Positions 29,627-40,272 of a stretch of 64,000 nt of DNA are shown here, piece by piece. The translations under genes were made by a program, and so were the position numbers. The notes under the pieces were generated by a model, which worked only from the letters and a program-made list of their open reading frames with translations, made no database searches and was not told the origin of the DNA. Source of the DNA: Candidatus Eiseniibacteriota bacterium (GTDB lineage: Bacteria; Eisenbacteria; RBG-16-71-46; SZUA-252); NCBI GenBank assembly GCA_963703225.1, contig OY969801.1, forward strand, positions 2,112,001 to 2,176,000. The letters are read 5' to 3'. The stretch's first letter is position 1. Each line of letters starts with the position of its first letter.

Positions 29627-31857
29627 CGCACGACCGCCGCGCGCAGGATGCGGGAGCGGTCTCCGTCGCGGAGCACCACGAGGTAGATGCCGGGCGCGGC
29701 CATGGAGCCGTTCGCCAGACGAAGATCCCAGACCTGGTTCTGGGCGGGATTGCACTGAAAGCGCCGGATCAGTGACCCGGTGACGTCTCTGACCTCGCCC
29801 GTTACCTGATCCGTGATCCCGCCCAGGCGGAGCGCGCTCCCGGTGGAGCCGAGCGGATTGGGATAGAGGTAGCTCTGATCGCTGAACCCTCCGCCCCCGC
29901 TTCCGGGGATGATTTCCGAGATGCCGGCCGCCGTCCCCACCCAGAGAATGCCCCGGCTCGAATCCCAGGCGAGCGCCCGGACGTCGTCGGCGATCAAGCC
30001 GTCGGCGGTCCCCCAGTGCTCGAGGCCACCGCTGGCCGCGTCGATCCGGGCGATTCCCGCGGCGGTTGCCACCCAGAGGTTGCCGCCCGAATCGAGCTCG
30101 AGGTCGTTGATCTGAAGCGACGGGAGCAAGGAGTTGGCCGCGTTGCTCGCGCCGGCGTCCCTGATGTCGTTTCGAATTCGGACGAGCCCCGCCACGGTCC
30201 CGACCCATGCCGAAGACGGGCCGGTCGCGACGACGTCGGTCGTCTGGAGGCTGGGAAAGAGGCTGGGAAAGAGCGCGCCGAGATGCTTCCAATCGTCGTC
30301 CGCGTGATTGATGATGGTGCCGTTCCCGTCCCAGATGTCGAGCCCGTTGTCGGCCAGGGCGAACCAACCCCGCCCCGTGGTGTCGAACGCGATCCCGCGC
30401 AGGTTGTTGCTCGAAAGCCCCGTCCCGCTGGCGGAGCCCTGGGTATTCAAGGGCGTGAGGGAATCGAGGACCGCTGTGGTCGTACGGTCAAACACGTAGA
30501 CGCCGTTTCCGTGCTCCACGCTTCCGCCGTAGACGAGCCCATCGGGCGCCTCCTCCAGCGCGTAGAGATTGGTCACCCCCAGCGTGTCCCAGACGCCGGT
30601 CGCCGGATCCCAGCGCTCGGTTCGGGGCCTCGGAATGGCCGAGCCGCAGCAGTGTCCCATCCAGATCTTTCCATCGCGGTCGGAGAGAATGCTGAAGACG
30701 CTGCTTGGCTGCAGGGACCCGTTGGTCGAGGCGCTCGTGAGGGCGCTCCAGGCCTGGCCGTCGTGGTGGAGCACGGTGCCGCTCACCCCGCTCGGCGGCG
30801 AGAAATTCCCCGTGGCGATCCAGACTCCACGCGCGTCGGCCACCGCGCGCTGGGAGCCGCTGGCCGCGGGACCGGCTGAGATGAAAGGAGTCCAGGCGTT
30901 CGCGGCCGCCTCGTACCGGGCCAACCCGCCGTCGCTCCCGGCCCAGATTCGTCCATCCGGGGCGGTGGCCAGCGAGCTGAACCTGACGCCGGGAAGCCCC
31001 GAGGCGCCGAGCGGGTTCCAATCGACGCCCGAGTAGCGGTACCCACCGGTCGACCCGGAGCCGGAGTAGAGCACGCCGCCGCTCGAGTGAAGGGCGACGC
31101 TCGATCCGACATGTCCTAAGGCCACCGCCGTGAAGACGCCGCTGTCGTAGCGCTGGGGACCCGCGGACGTCCCGGCCCAGAGCGTGTCCTGGTGAACCAC
31201 CAGGGCCCGCACCGAGACGGAGAGCGTGGCCGCCCGGTTGATCCAGGCTCCACCGGCAAATACCGAGAGCCCGCCCGAGGTTCCGCACCAGAGCGTGTCC
31301 TTCACCTGCTGGAACGCGAAGATGTTGTCCGCGACGAGCGATCCTCCGGTGCTGGCGTTCGAGTCGGATCGACGAAGGACCACCTGGCCCGACGTCGGAC
31401 TCTCCGTGAAGAGCGCGACGCCTCCGCTGGTCCCGACCCAGACGCTGTCTCCGTGTACGTAGATCGCCTGAACGCGGTCGCTCGGGAGGCCGTCGAACGA
31501 GGTCAGGGCCCTTCGATATCCGCCGTCGGCCTTGATGCGCGCGATCCCCTTGTCGGCGGTCCCCGCCCAGAGCCCGCCGCTCGGGCTCACGGCGACGCAG
31601 AGAACCGAGTTCGAGGGCAGCCCTCCCGGGGTGCTCAAGATTTTCTGGATCGCGCCGGACGCCGGGTCGGCGAGCACAAGCCCCCCGAGGGTGCCGGCGG
31701 CGATGTCCCCTCGCCAGTCGGCGAGGCTCGAGATCTGGTTCGAGTTGATGTGGTTCGTGATGAAGAGCTTGGTCGCCCGCGCCGCGTCCGGCGACGCCGC
31801 GGCGAGCGCGGCCACGAAGAGCGCGGCCAGTGCTCGGCCCGGCCCGGTCGCTCTCAC
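29623..31857 (-). CDS. Secreted PorZ-like double beta-propeller protein with FlgD/CTD-type C-terminal domain
   Basis: Signal peptide; repeated GLPSN/LW.GT.GG blades; C-terminal YPNP...WDLRLANGSMAAPGIYLV. Confidence 0.8.
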   Translation of the reverse strand: MRATGPGRALAALFVAALAAASPDAARATKLFITNHINSNQISSLADWRGDIAAGTLGGLVLADPASGAIQKILSTPGGLPSNSVLCVAVSPSGGLWAGTADKGIARIKADGGYRRALTSFDGLPSDRVQAIYVHGDSVWVGTSGGVALFTESPTSGQVVLRRSDSNASTGGSLVADNIFAFQQVKDTLWCGTSGGLSVFAGGAWINRAATLSVSVRALVVHQDTLWAGTSAGPQRYDSGVFTAVALGHVGSSVALHSSGGVLYSGSGSTGGYRYSGVDWNPLGASGLPGVRFSSLATAPDGRIWAGSDGGLARYEAAANAWTPFISAGPAASGSQRAVADARGVWIATGNFSPPSGVSGTVLHHDGQAWSALTSASTNGSLQPSSVFSILSDRDGKIWMGHCCGSAIPRPRTERWDPATGVWDTLGVTNLYALEEAPDGLVYGGSVEHGNGVYVFDRTTTAVLDSLTPLNTQGSASGTGLSSNNLRGIAFDTTGRGWFALADNGLDIWDGNGTIINHADDDWKHLGALFPSLFPSLQTTDVVATGPSSAWVGTVAGLVRIRNDIRDAGASNAANSLLPSLQINDLELDSGGNLWVATAAGIARIDAASGGLEHWGTADGLIADDVRALAWDSSRGILWVGTAAGISEIIPGSGGGGFSDQSYLYPNPLGSTGSALRLGGITDQVTGEVRDVTGSLIRRFQCNPAQNQVWDLRLANGSMAAPGIYLVVLRDGDRSRILRAAVVR

Positions 31858-33797
31858 CGCGCGACCCCGGCCGTGGCCCTCAGGAAGATTCGGAGATCCT
31901 CGGCGACCGAGAACCGTTGGAGATAGGCAAGCTCGGACTCGAGCCTCGCGCCTCGGTCGGAGTCGGCGCCGTCCGACGGCGAGACAACCCCGGGCCGAAG
32001 GGATTCGAGGGCCACGCGGGCCCACGCCGGGACGCCGGCCCACCGGTCGGCTTCATAGGCGCTCCGCCCAACCCAGCTTCGCTCCCCCGCGAGAACCAAC
32101 CGCCACGCCTCGCCCGGGCCGATCGTCTCGCCCCGCGCCGTCAGGTAGTTTCGGATTCGGCCCCACCGCCACGGCGCCACGAAGAACGAGAGGACGAAAT
32201 CGCTCGCCCGCTTCCGGGCCTTGAGCGAAAGCCCCCGGCTCGGTGCGTGGAGGAGGACCGCGCTCACGGGGCCGAGGCGCGTCTCCAGGGCCGAGGAGGC
32301 CAGGTGCGCCACCGAGCCCGCCCAGTAGACGGCGACGCCGGAATCGCGGAGCGCGGCGGCCATCGCCAGGAGGAAGGGAATCTCGTGGGGCTCGGGCACG
32401 ACGCAGACGATCTGCACCCGCTCGCTCTCCAAGATCGAGCGGATGCGGCGTGCCGCCGCCTCGGGCGACTCCTCCGCGCTTTCCGAGACCACCGCGTGGA
32501 GCGGCTCGAAGCCCTCTCGCCGGGCCGCCTCGAGCGAGGCCCGCACGCGCTCGACCTCAGGCCCCGACCCCAGCAGCAAGACCCGTCGAAACGCGAATCC
32601 CTGCGCGCGCGCGCCGGCGCCGACGCGCGCCAACAATCCCCGCGACACGTAGAGGAACACGAAGAGCAGCGGTCCGACGAGGAGGACCAGCAGGCGCGAG
32701 TAGCGCGGCATCTGGAACAGGAACGTGGCCGCCATGAGGAGCAGCTCCGCCTGGACCACCGCCTTGCCCACCAGAAATCCGCGCTCGATCCCATCCGAGA
32801 AGGCGGTCCGCCGGTAGAGGCCGTTCATCATGAGCGCCGCGATCGACACCGCCACGGCAAAGAAGAAGAGGCCCGAGTAGCTGCCCAGAGGCGAGAGCGG
32901 GTGCTCGAAGAGCGAGTTCAGCGCGACCCGAATCCCGTAGGCGCTGACGCAGGCGGCCGCCGCGCTGATCAGATCGGAGCCCAGCGTGACGACCTGGATC
33001 ATCCTCCGTCGATGCTGGCTCACCGCGTACATGACCGCGCTCCATTTCTCGGTGAATCGCAGCAGCCCCGCCGCGTGCGCGCGGATGGACCGGGGGCGCC
33101 CCTTCGCGCTCGAGCGGGCGTAGTCGTGGACCATCCGCGACTCCGCGCAGTACACCACTTCGTATCCGTGGCGCCACATCCTCTGGCACCAATCGACATC
33201 TTCAAAGTAGAGGAAGTAGCGCTCATCCATCAGGCCCACGTCGCGCATGGCGCGCCGGCGCACGTACATCGCGGCGCCCAGCACCCAGTCGACGGGGCGC
33301 GTCTCCTCGTGGTCCCAGTCGGCCATCAGATGCTCGCGCACCGCGCGGCTCCGCTCCCCCAGGGCCCCGATGGGCGCCCGCCGGAGCATGAGCGTCTTCC
33401 AATTGTAGAATCGTCGCGCGGAAAGCTGAAGGCTTCCGTCGGGGTGGAAGAGCTTGGGGGCGACGATGCCCGCGCGGGGGTGCGCCCCGGCGGCGCGCTC
33501 CAGCGCTTCGATCGAGCCGGGCGGAACCTGCACGTCGGGGTTCAAGATCAAGACGTCCTCTTCGCTCGAGGCGCGGATTCCCTCGTTCACCCCGCGCGCG
33601 TAGCCGAGGTTCTTGCCCGGCGAGAGCACGCGCGCCGGCCACCCCGCGCTCCGCACCAGGTCGTCGAGGGGCTCCCCCGAGTTATTGACGACGATGATTT
33701 CCCGCACCGGCGAGGGGCGCGCCGCCTGGAGCGAGTGAAAGAGGCGCGCGAGCGCCTCTCGGGATTCGTAGTGGACGATGATCAGCGAGGCGCCCAT
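31854..33797 (-). CDS. GT2 fused to a WcaJ/WbaP-like module (4 TM + Rossmann + degenerate phosphoglycosyl transferase domain)
   Basis: IIVHY, NLGYARGVN, LNPD, YFLYFEDVDW; then 4 TM, RRVLLLG, KRASD, VLAGERSWVG, RPG, EDLRIFLRA. Confidence 0.8.
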   Translation of the reverse strand: MGASLIIVHYESREALARLFHSLQAARPSPVREIIVVNNSGEPLDDLVRSAGWPARVLSPGKNLGYARGVNEGIRASSEEDVLILNPDVQVPPGSIEALERAAGAHPRAGIVAPKLFHPDGSLQLSARRFYNWKTLMLRRAPIGALGERSRAVREHLMADWDHEETRPVDWVLGAAMYVRRRAMRDVGLMDERYFLYFEDVDWCQRMWRHGYEVVYCAESRMVHDYARSSAKGRPRSIRAHAAGLLRFTEKWSAVMYAVSQHRRRMIQVVTLGSDLISAAAACVSAYGIRVALNSLFEHPLSPLGSYSGLFFFAVAVSIAALMMNGLYRRTAFSDGIERGFLVGKAVVQAELLLMAATFLFQMPRYSRLLVLLVGPLLFVFLYVSRGLLARVGAGARAQGFAFRRVLLLGSGPEVERVRASLEAARREGFEPLHAVVSESAEESPEAAARRIRSILESERVQIVCVVPEPHEIPFLLAMAAALRDSGVAVYWAGSVAHLASSALETRLGPVSAVLLHAPSRGLSLKARKRASDFVLSFFVAPWRWGRIRNYLTARGETIGPGEAWRLVLAGERSWVGRSAYEADRWAGVPAWARVALESLRPGVVSPSDGADSDRGARLESELAYLQRFSVAEDLRIFLRATAGVAR

Positions 33798-33808
33798 GGG
33801 GCGGCTCC

Positions 33809-34522
33809 CTACAGCGCGCCGAGGAGATCGAGGAGGCGCAGACGCCAGACCAGCCAGGCCGCCTCGCGAACAATTCCGCGGGTCATCTTCGAAGTGCCGG
33901 CGCGGCGGTCGACGAACAGGATCGGGATCTCCTTGATCCGGAAGCCCTTTCTCAAGGCTTTGAAGGTCATCTCGATCTGGAAGGCGTAGCCGTCCGACCG
34001 GACGCGGGTCAGGTCGATCGCTTCGAGCACTTGGCGCCGGAAGCACTTGAACCCGCCGGTCAGATCCTTGAACGGCATGCCCGTGATGACGCGGCTGTAG
34101 ACGTTCGCGCTGTACGAGAGGATCAACCGCGAGAGCGGCCAGTTCACGACCGTCACGCCGTGCAGGTATCGCGAGCCGAGGACGAGGTCGGCGGTCTCCA
34201 GCTCCCTCAGGAATTCGCCCAGGCTATCCGGATTGTGGGAAAAATCGGCGTCCATCTCGAACACCGCGTCGTAATCGCGCTCGAGCGCCCAACGAAATCC
34301 CGCCACGTAGGCCGAGCCCAACCCCATCTTCCCCGCGCGGTGCATCACGTGGATCCGGGGCTCGGCCGCGGCCATCTCGTCGGCGAGCGCGCCGGTTCCG
34401 TCGGGTGAGTTGTCGTCCACAATCAAGACGTGGGTCGGAAGCCCCTGCGCGAAAATCCGTCCCAAGAGCTCGATCAGATTCTCGCGCTCGTTGTAGGTGG
34501 GAATGATGACCAGCGCCTTCAA
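33809..34522 (-). CDS. Polyprenol-monophosphomannose synthase (Dpm1/Ppm1-like GT2)
   Basis: IIPTYNEREN, VDDNSPDGT, GLGSAY, MDADFSH, GSRY, DLTGGFK, GYAFQIE, FVDRRAGTSKM. Confidence 0.92.
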   Translation of the reverse strand: MKALVIIPTYNERENLIELLGRIFAQGLPTHVLIVDDNSPDGTGALADEMAAAEPRIHVMHRAGKMGLGSAYVAGFRWALERDYDAVFEMDADFSHNPDSLGEFLRELETADLVLGSRYLHGVTVVNWPLSRLILSYSANVYSRVITGMPFKDLTGGFKCFRRQVLEAIDLTRVRSDGYAFQIEMTFKALRKGFRIKEIPILFVDRRAGTSKMTRGIVREAAWLVWRLRLLDLLGAL

Positions 34523-36984
34523 GCCACCCCTCCGGGAGCCGGGGCGCCGCCGGGCGGGGCCAGGTCGGAGTCCCCCCGCGACCGCCGGCCGGAAATCCGC
34601 TGCCAGACGCCAAACCCCGCCATGAGAAGCGCCAGCGCGGCCGATGCCGTCGAGATCCGGATCCCCGCCCGGAGGGATCGCGGCGCGTAGGCGTAATGGA
34701 CGCGGTGCACGCCGGGCGGCAGGGCGACCCCGCGCATCAGGTAGTTCACGCGGTGGATCTTTGCCGGCGCGCCATCCACCGTCGCGACCCAGTCGGGATC
34801 GAATTGCTCGACGGTGACGAGCAGCCCGGGCGCCGAGGTGGAGACGAGATACTCGATCTCGTTGAAATCGTACCGGATCGTGCGGACCGAATCGGGCAGC
34901 TCCGCCTGGGCCACCGGCGGGGGCGGGCCCGGCTCGCTCCAAATAGCCTCCCGATGGGGGTCGAAGCCGTGGGTCCTGATCACGGCGAGCGCGACGGCGT
35001 CGTCTTGAACCGGCCGAACGGCGTGAACGACGAAGGCGCGCGGCAAAATTCCCTCCACCTCGTAGACCTTTACGTTCCCGTCGTGTCGGAGGATGACGCC
35101 CGGCGTCCCCGGGGGGAATTGGCCGCCGGCCAGAACGTACTTCACGTTGAACAGCTGCAGCGTTTCGAACGATTGAATGCCGACGGTGTCCATGAAGGCC
35201 TGGTAGAGGCGCGGCTTGGCGGGATGGTAGCCGAGAACCGACGCGATCCCGAACGCGGCCAGACGGCTGTCGTCCCAGCGCTCTGGAAAGACCCGGAATT
35301 GTGTCGAATCGGAGCGCAGGAAGGTGATCTCCGGGGTCTCTCGGAAGTTGTCGTGGTATTCCTTCGGCGTCGCGACCAAGGGATCGATGATCTTCCGGTC
35401 GATCGGCCAGAGATCGACAGCCGTGACGCCCAAGACGAGGAGCGCCGCCACCGATCTCGCGATTCGATCCCGACGCGCCAGGCCGATGATCCAGAGGGCC
35501 GCGGCCAGGAGGATTCCCGACTTGATCGCGTCGATCGAGGCCAGGTCGAGCGCCGCGCGCGCCCTGGACGCGTCGAAGTTGGGCCGGGACCGGACCGCGT
35601 AGTCTCGAATGGGCTCGCCGAAGATGTTGATCAAGAAGAGCACCGCGAAGCCGGCGACGAGGGCGACCACGCCCGCGCGAAGCCACCCCGATCCGTCGTC
35701 TCGGGCCCTGCTCGATGAGGCCCCGGGGCGCGAGAGGGCGGTGGTGAGGCCGATCGCCGCGAGGGCGGCGGTGGCAAACTGGACGAGGAAGAGGATCATC
35801 ACCGGGACACGGAACTTGTTGAAGAATGGGAGGTGGTCGTACAGAAGCGCGTAGAGGGGTTGCAGATGCTTCCCGAAGGAAATGAGGAGCGCCACCACGG
35901 CGAGCGCGACCAGATAGGCGCGCAGAGTTCCGCGTGCGCGGACCGCCCCGTAGACGGCCAGCGCGAGCGGCACGATCCCCATGTAGTTCGGGTAGTCGGT
36001 GAAGGGCATGCTGCCCCAGTATGTGTTCCCCCCGAATCCGAAGAAGCTTGGAATGACAAACGTCAAGATCTCACGCGGGTGGAACGACCACGAAGTCGCG
36101 TAGGCCATGCCGGCGCCGCCTCCCTCGCCTCCCCCGCGCGTGGAGAGGAGCGCGTACTCGTGCACCGGTAGGTAGAGGAACGCGCTCATCCCAAATCCCA
36201 AGCCGAGCCCGGCGGCAAGGCCTCCCACGGCGCGCACCCCCTCGTCGCGGCGGCTTCCCCGGAACGCGGAGATCGCGAGAAAGAGCGCATAGCCCGTGAG
36301 CGCGATCCAGGAGTAGAAGACGATTTGCACGTGGCCCCGGAGCAGCTGGAAGGCGGCCGCGAACGCGAAACCGGCCAGCGCGAGCCATGATCCTCGCCGA
36401 ACAAAGCGGTCGAAGAGCAGCAAGAGCAGGGGCAGGTAGGCCGCGGTCATGATCTGGCTCCCATGACCAAACGCGCCGACCGCGACCAGGTTTGGAGTCA
36501 ACGCCAGGGCGAACGCGCCGAGCAGCGCGGCCCCGGGCGCCGCGCCGAGAGATCGGAGCAGCGCCAGCATGGAAAGTCCGAGGAGGAGATAGTGCGCGAG
36601 CAGCCAGGTCAGATCGGGAAATCCGAGTCCCTTGTTGAGGAAGCCGAAGAGCGGATCGGGCGGATAGGCGTAGGGAACGAAGGCAAGGCTTCCAAAGCTC
36701 GGCATCCCCAGAAAGTGGTACGGATTCCAGAGCGGGTAGACATGGCGCTGGACCAGAGCGTCGTACGCGACCTTGCTGAATCCGGCGGGCGCGACCGAGT
36801 CGGGAGAGATGAACACCTTCCCGAACGTGATCGGATAGAAGAAGAGAAGGATCAGGAACGCGAGCCCGGCGTAGGCCCACGGCCCCTGGAGGATGGCGGC
36901 GACGCGGTCGTCCGCCGGGGCGAGGCGGTCCCTGGCGGCTGTGCCTGGGGCGGTCTTCTTGCCGGCGCGGCGCGTCGGCTTCAC
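34519..36984 (-). CDS. YfhO-family GT-C membrane glycosyltransferase
   Basis: 821 aa polytopic; SPD, PLWNPY..LGMP, GH.QI..Y, KFRVP, PRAF, W.ATVDG...VNYLMRGV. Confidence 0.85.
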   Translation of the reverse strand: MKPTRRAGKKTAPGTAARDRLAPADDRVAAILQGPWAYAGLAFLILLFFYPITFGKVFISPDSVAPAGFSKVAYDALVQRHVYPLWNPYHFLGMPSFGSLAFVPYAYPPDPLFGFLNKGLGFPDLTWLLAHYLLLGLSMLALLRSLGAAPGAALLGAFALALTPNLVAVGAFGHGSQIMTAAYLPLLLLLFDRFVRRGSWLALAGFAFAAAFQLLRGHVQIVFYSWIALTGYALFLAISAFRGSRRDEGVRAVGGLAAGLGLGFGMSAFLYLPVHEYALLSTRGGGEGGGAGMAYATSWSFHPREILTFVIPSFFGFGGNTYWGSMPFTDYPNYMGIVPLALAVYGAVRARGTLRAYLVALAVVALLISFGKHLQPLYALLYDHLPFFNKFRVPVMILFLVQFATAALAAIGLTTALSRPGASSSRARDDGSGWLRAGVVALVAGFAVLFLINIFGEPIRDYAVRSRPNFDASRARAALDLASIDAIKSGILLAAALWIIGLARRDRIARSVAALLVLGVTAVDLWPIDRKIIDPLVATPKEYHDNFRETPEITFLRSDSTQFRVFPERWDDSRLAAFGIASVLGYHPAKPRLYQAFMDTVGIQSFETLQLFNVKYVLAGGQFPPGTPGVILRHDGNVKVYEVEGILPRAFVVHAVRPVQDDAVALAVIRTHGFDPHREAIWSEPGPPPPVAQAELPDSVRTIRYDFNEIEYLVSTSAPGLLVTVEQFDPDWVATVDGAPAKIHRVNYLMRGVALPPGVHRVHYAYAPRSLRAGIRISTASAALALLMAGFGVWQRISGRRSRGDSDLAPPGGAPAPGGVA

Positions 36985-38133
36985 GCGGTATCCCCGGTAC
37001 AGAGCGCGCCGAATTGCCGCGCGATCTCATCCCAGTCATGCCGCGCGGCGAAGGCGCGGAGCGGCGCGCGGTCGGGTGGCGACCGGAGGAGCCGGCTCAC
37101 CTCGGAGACGAATTGCTCCGGCGAATCGGCCACGCGCGCCGCTTCGCCCCAGCGTTCGACCTCGTCGCTGAATCGGGTCGTCACGCAGGGGACCCCGGCC
37201 GCCGCGTATTCGTAGAGCTTGACCGGGTTCACCGCCTCGGTGAGCGGGGTCCTCAAGAACGGGATGAGGCCGACGCGAAACGCGCCGACGATCGACGGGA
37301 TGTCCGCGTAGGGCCGGGGTCCGATCCAGTGGAGGTTGGGCGCGTCCGCCGAGGCGCGCGTGAGCTCCGCGGCGGTGGTCGGATGCGCCGGGCCCACCAG
37401 CACCACCGTCGCCTGCGGCAGCGATCGCGCGAGAGCGGCGACCAGGGAAACGTCGAACCACGCGTGGAGCGACCCGATGTAGCCGATCACCGGCGCGCCC
37501 GGCTTCCCCGGCAGCGTCGCGGGGTGGGACTCCGCGGAGCGGAATCGGGCCACGTCGACCCCGTTGCCGACCAGCGTCGCGCCACGCGCGCCGCCGTTCA
37601 TCGCGAGCGCGCGGAGCGGGCCCGAGGTGACCACCACACGATCGGCGCTGCGCAGCAGTCTCTCCCAGTGCGGCACCAGACGGGGCGGGACGGGCGCGAA
37701 GTGGAGCGGCGCGTCGATCATGTCGTAGACGATGCGTTCCGGCCGCCAGACGTCGAGTGTCGGGGTGCTCATGAAATTCTCGACCAGCGCCAGTCTCCTC
37801 TGCGCCGGGGCGGAAGAATCCGCGGAGGGTGCCCGCCCAGGCGCGTTGAAGCGAAACGAGCGCCGACATCGCGGCCCCCGAGCTTCCCAGCCGGTACGCC
37901 ATTCGACGCAGCCGTAGCGATCGCGCGTGGAGCGGAAGGAATGGAAATGAGACACGCGAAACGTGAGGGGTGACCGGGGTCGGCCGGAAGGCCGGCGCGT
38001 GCCCCAGGGTCCAGGGCTCCACGAACAGGATCCGCGAATCGCCCGGAAATCGGGTCGCGAGTTGTTGTGGCCGCTGCCAGAGGCTCGCCCAGGGGATGTC
38101 ACTCAGCCATACGACGTCCCACTGGGGACGCAC
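36981..38133 (-). CDS. Glycosyltransferase (GT-B, TuaH-like), frameshift at ~37805
   Basis: LWQRPQQLA...FVEP in one frame; VYDMID, VGNGVD, GYIG, NPVKLYEYAAAG in the next. Confidence 0.85.
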
Positions 38134-38161
38134 GGGAGCCTCCGCGATCTCGCACCCATTC

Positions 38162-38241
38162 AGGGTACCGGGCGGCGCAAGGCGAAGTCAAGGCGTCGGA
38201 TGCGAGCGATCGTTGACCCACGGCGGCGCCTCCCGTAGCGT
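38162..38241. promoter_or_regulatory. Back-to-back sigma70 promoters of the divergent glycosyltransferase units
   Basis: Minus TTGACT-N18-TACCCT (38191-38162); plus TTGACC-N17-TAGCGT (38213-38241), 7 nt before GTG 38249. Confidence 0.55.
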
Positions 38242-38248
38242 GCCGCCG

Positions 38249-39399
38249 GTGAGCGGCACGATCCGGATCGCGATCGACCTTCGTCCACTGTCGCTCGACT
38301 CCGTCAGCGGGGTCGGGCTCGTGCTTCAGCTGCTCCTCGAAGAGCTGGAGGGGCGCGGCGCCACGTTCGTCGGGGTCACCCATCGGCCCGTCCCCAGTGG
38401 GCGGATCCCTTCATCGATCCCGGTGACGGTCGAGCCGGGCAGGGGTGGGAGAATCCGGTGGGAAGCGGGCCCGCTTCCGTCGCTCCTAAGACAGCTAACC
38501 CCTCAGCCCGATCTCTATCACGCGGCGTGGAACCATGGCGTTCCCGGTGGGCTTCCCTTCCCCTCCGTCCTGACGATCTACGACATGATTCCCTGGCGGT
38601 TCCCTCGCGAGGTGCCTTGGCCCAAGCCTTGGTGGCTCCACCACGCGCTCTACCGTCGCGCCATCCGCGCCTCGGCCCGCGCCGCGACCTCCATCGTGAC
38701 CTCGAGCGAGGCAAGCCGCCGCGACATCGCGGCCCTCATTCCCGACGCGCCCGCGCGCGCCGAGGTGGTTCCGGTCCCCCTCCCGCGATGGTTTCGCGCG
38801 ACCGCAGACCCGGAGCGCCTGGCGCGGCGCGGCCCATCGGCGGCGCGCCCGACCTGGCTCTACCTGGGCGGCTTCGAGCCGCGCAAGGAAATCGAGACGC
38901 TCCTCCGCGCGATGAGCGAGGCATTCCCGGACCGCGCAGCCGCGCCGGAGCTCATCCTGGCCGGAGCCATCAACGACTACGCCCGCGCCTACGAGGCGAT
39001 GGCGCGAAAGCTCGGAGATTCCGCGCGAAATTTCCCGGGTACGTGGCCGACGCCGATCTGGCCAACCTCTTCGGAGAGGCCTCGCTCTTTCTCTACCCCT
39101 CGCGCCACGAGGGCTTCGGCATTCCACTCCTCTTCGCGATGGCAGCCGGCATCCCGTCGGTCGCGAGCGACGGCGGCTCGCTCCCGGAGGTGCTCGGCGA
39201 CGCCGGAATCATCTTCCCCGCCGGAGACGTCGCCTTCCTCGCGGCCATCTTGAAGCGAGCCGCGGCCGACCCGGAGTCGCTCGCCGTGTACGGAACCCGT
39301 GGCCGCGAGCGGATACGGCAATTCAGCCCGGAGGCGTTCGCGAAGCGAATGATTCGGGTTTACGAACAGGCGGCGGGAAGCCGAGCAGCGTCCGCGTGA
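38249..39399 (+). CDS. Glycosyltransferase family 4 (mannosyltransferase-like), frameshift at ~39022
   Basis: IRIAID, SGVG, TIYDMIP, GGFEPRK; then FPGYV, YPSRHEGFGIP in the second frame. Confidence 0.85.
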
Positions 39400-40272
39400 A
39401 ATCGGCGAAGCCGAGGAGAAGCGCCCCCGCGGAGGCGAAATCTCCGCGGACCGTGGCGCCGGCGAGGAGCCACGCGCGTCCAGATCGCGTAGGCGCACCA
39501 CGCCAAGCGGCCGCTGCCAGGGTTTCGAGTGGCGGGTGAGATAGAGGGCGCCGCTCCGGAGCCGAAAGTAGGCCTTGAGCGGCGTGAGCCCCCCGCCGCT
39601 CGTCACGGACACGTGGTGCCACCCGCGGGCCGAAGGCTCGTACCAGAGCAGGAAACCCGCTTTGCGGGCGCGCGCCGACCAATCGACGTCCTCGACGTAC
39701 ATGATGTAGTCGAGGTCGAACGGCCCGACCCGGTCGAGCGCCTGGCGGGAGAGCAACGCCGCCGCTCCCGACACGTAGTCGACCGCGCGCGGTCCGTCGC
39801 GAAAGGCGCCATCCTTCTTGTGCGCGCCGCGGTGCCGGATCAACCCGGACGCGCCGGAGACAATCCCCCCCGCGAACCAGATCCGATCGGGCGCGTCGTA
39901 GAAGAAGAGTTTGGGGCTCACGGCGCCGCGCGATCCGTCGGCCTCGAGCGCGGCGCGCAGGATGCCGAGCGCCCCGCGCTCGAGCACGAGATCGTTGTTC
40001 AAGAGAAGAGCCGACCCCGCCCCTCCTTCCATCGCGCGGCTCAATCCCGCGTTGACCCCGCCGGCGAAGTAACGGTTTCGATCGAGCGTCATCACCTCGA
40101 CCGAGGGAAACTCCGCGCGGACCTGCTCCGGCGTGCCGTCGGTCGACCCGTTGTCGATCAGGAGCACGTGGTCGGCGGGCGGGTCGAGCGCCAGGAGCGA
40201 CGTGAGACATTCGCGCGTGTACCGGAGCTGGTTACAGGCGAGCACCACCGCCCAGACCGGGGAGGCGCTCAC
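39323..40272 (-). CDS. Glycosyltransferase family 2, frameshift at ~39490
   Basis: IDNGSTDGT, NRYFAGGVN, LLNND, YVEDVDW; hydrophobic C-terminus in the second frame. Confidence 0.85.
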
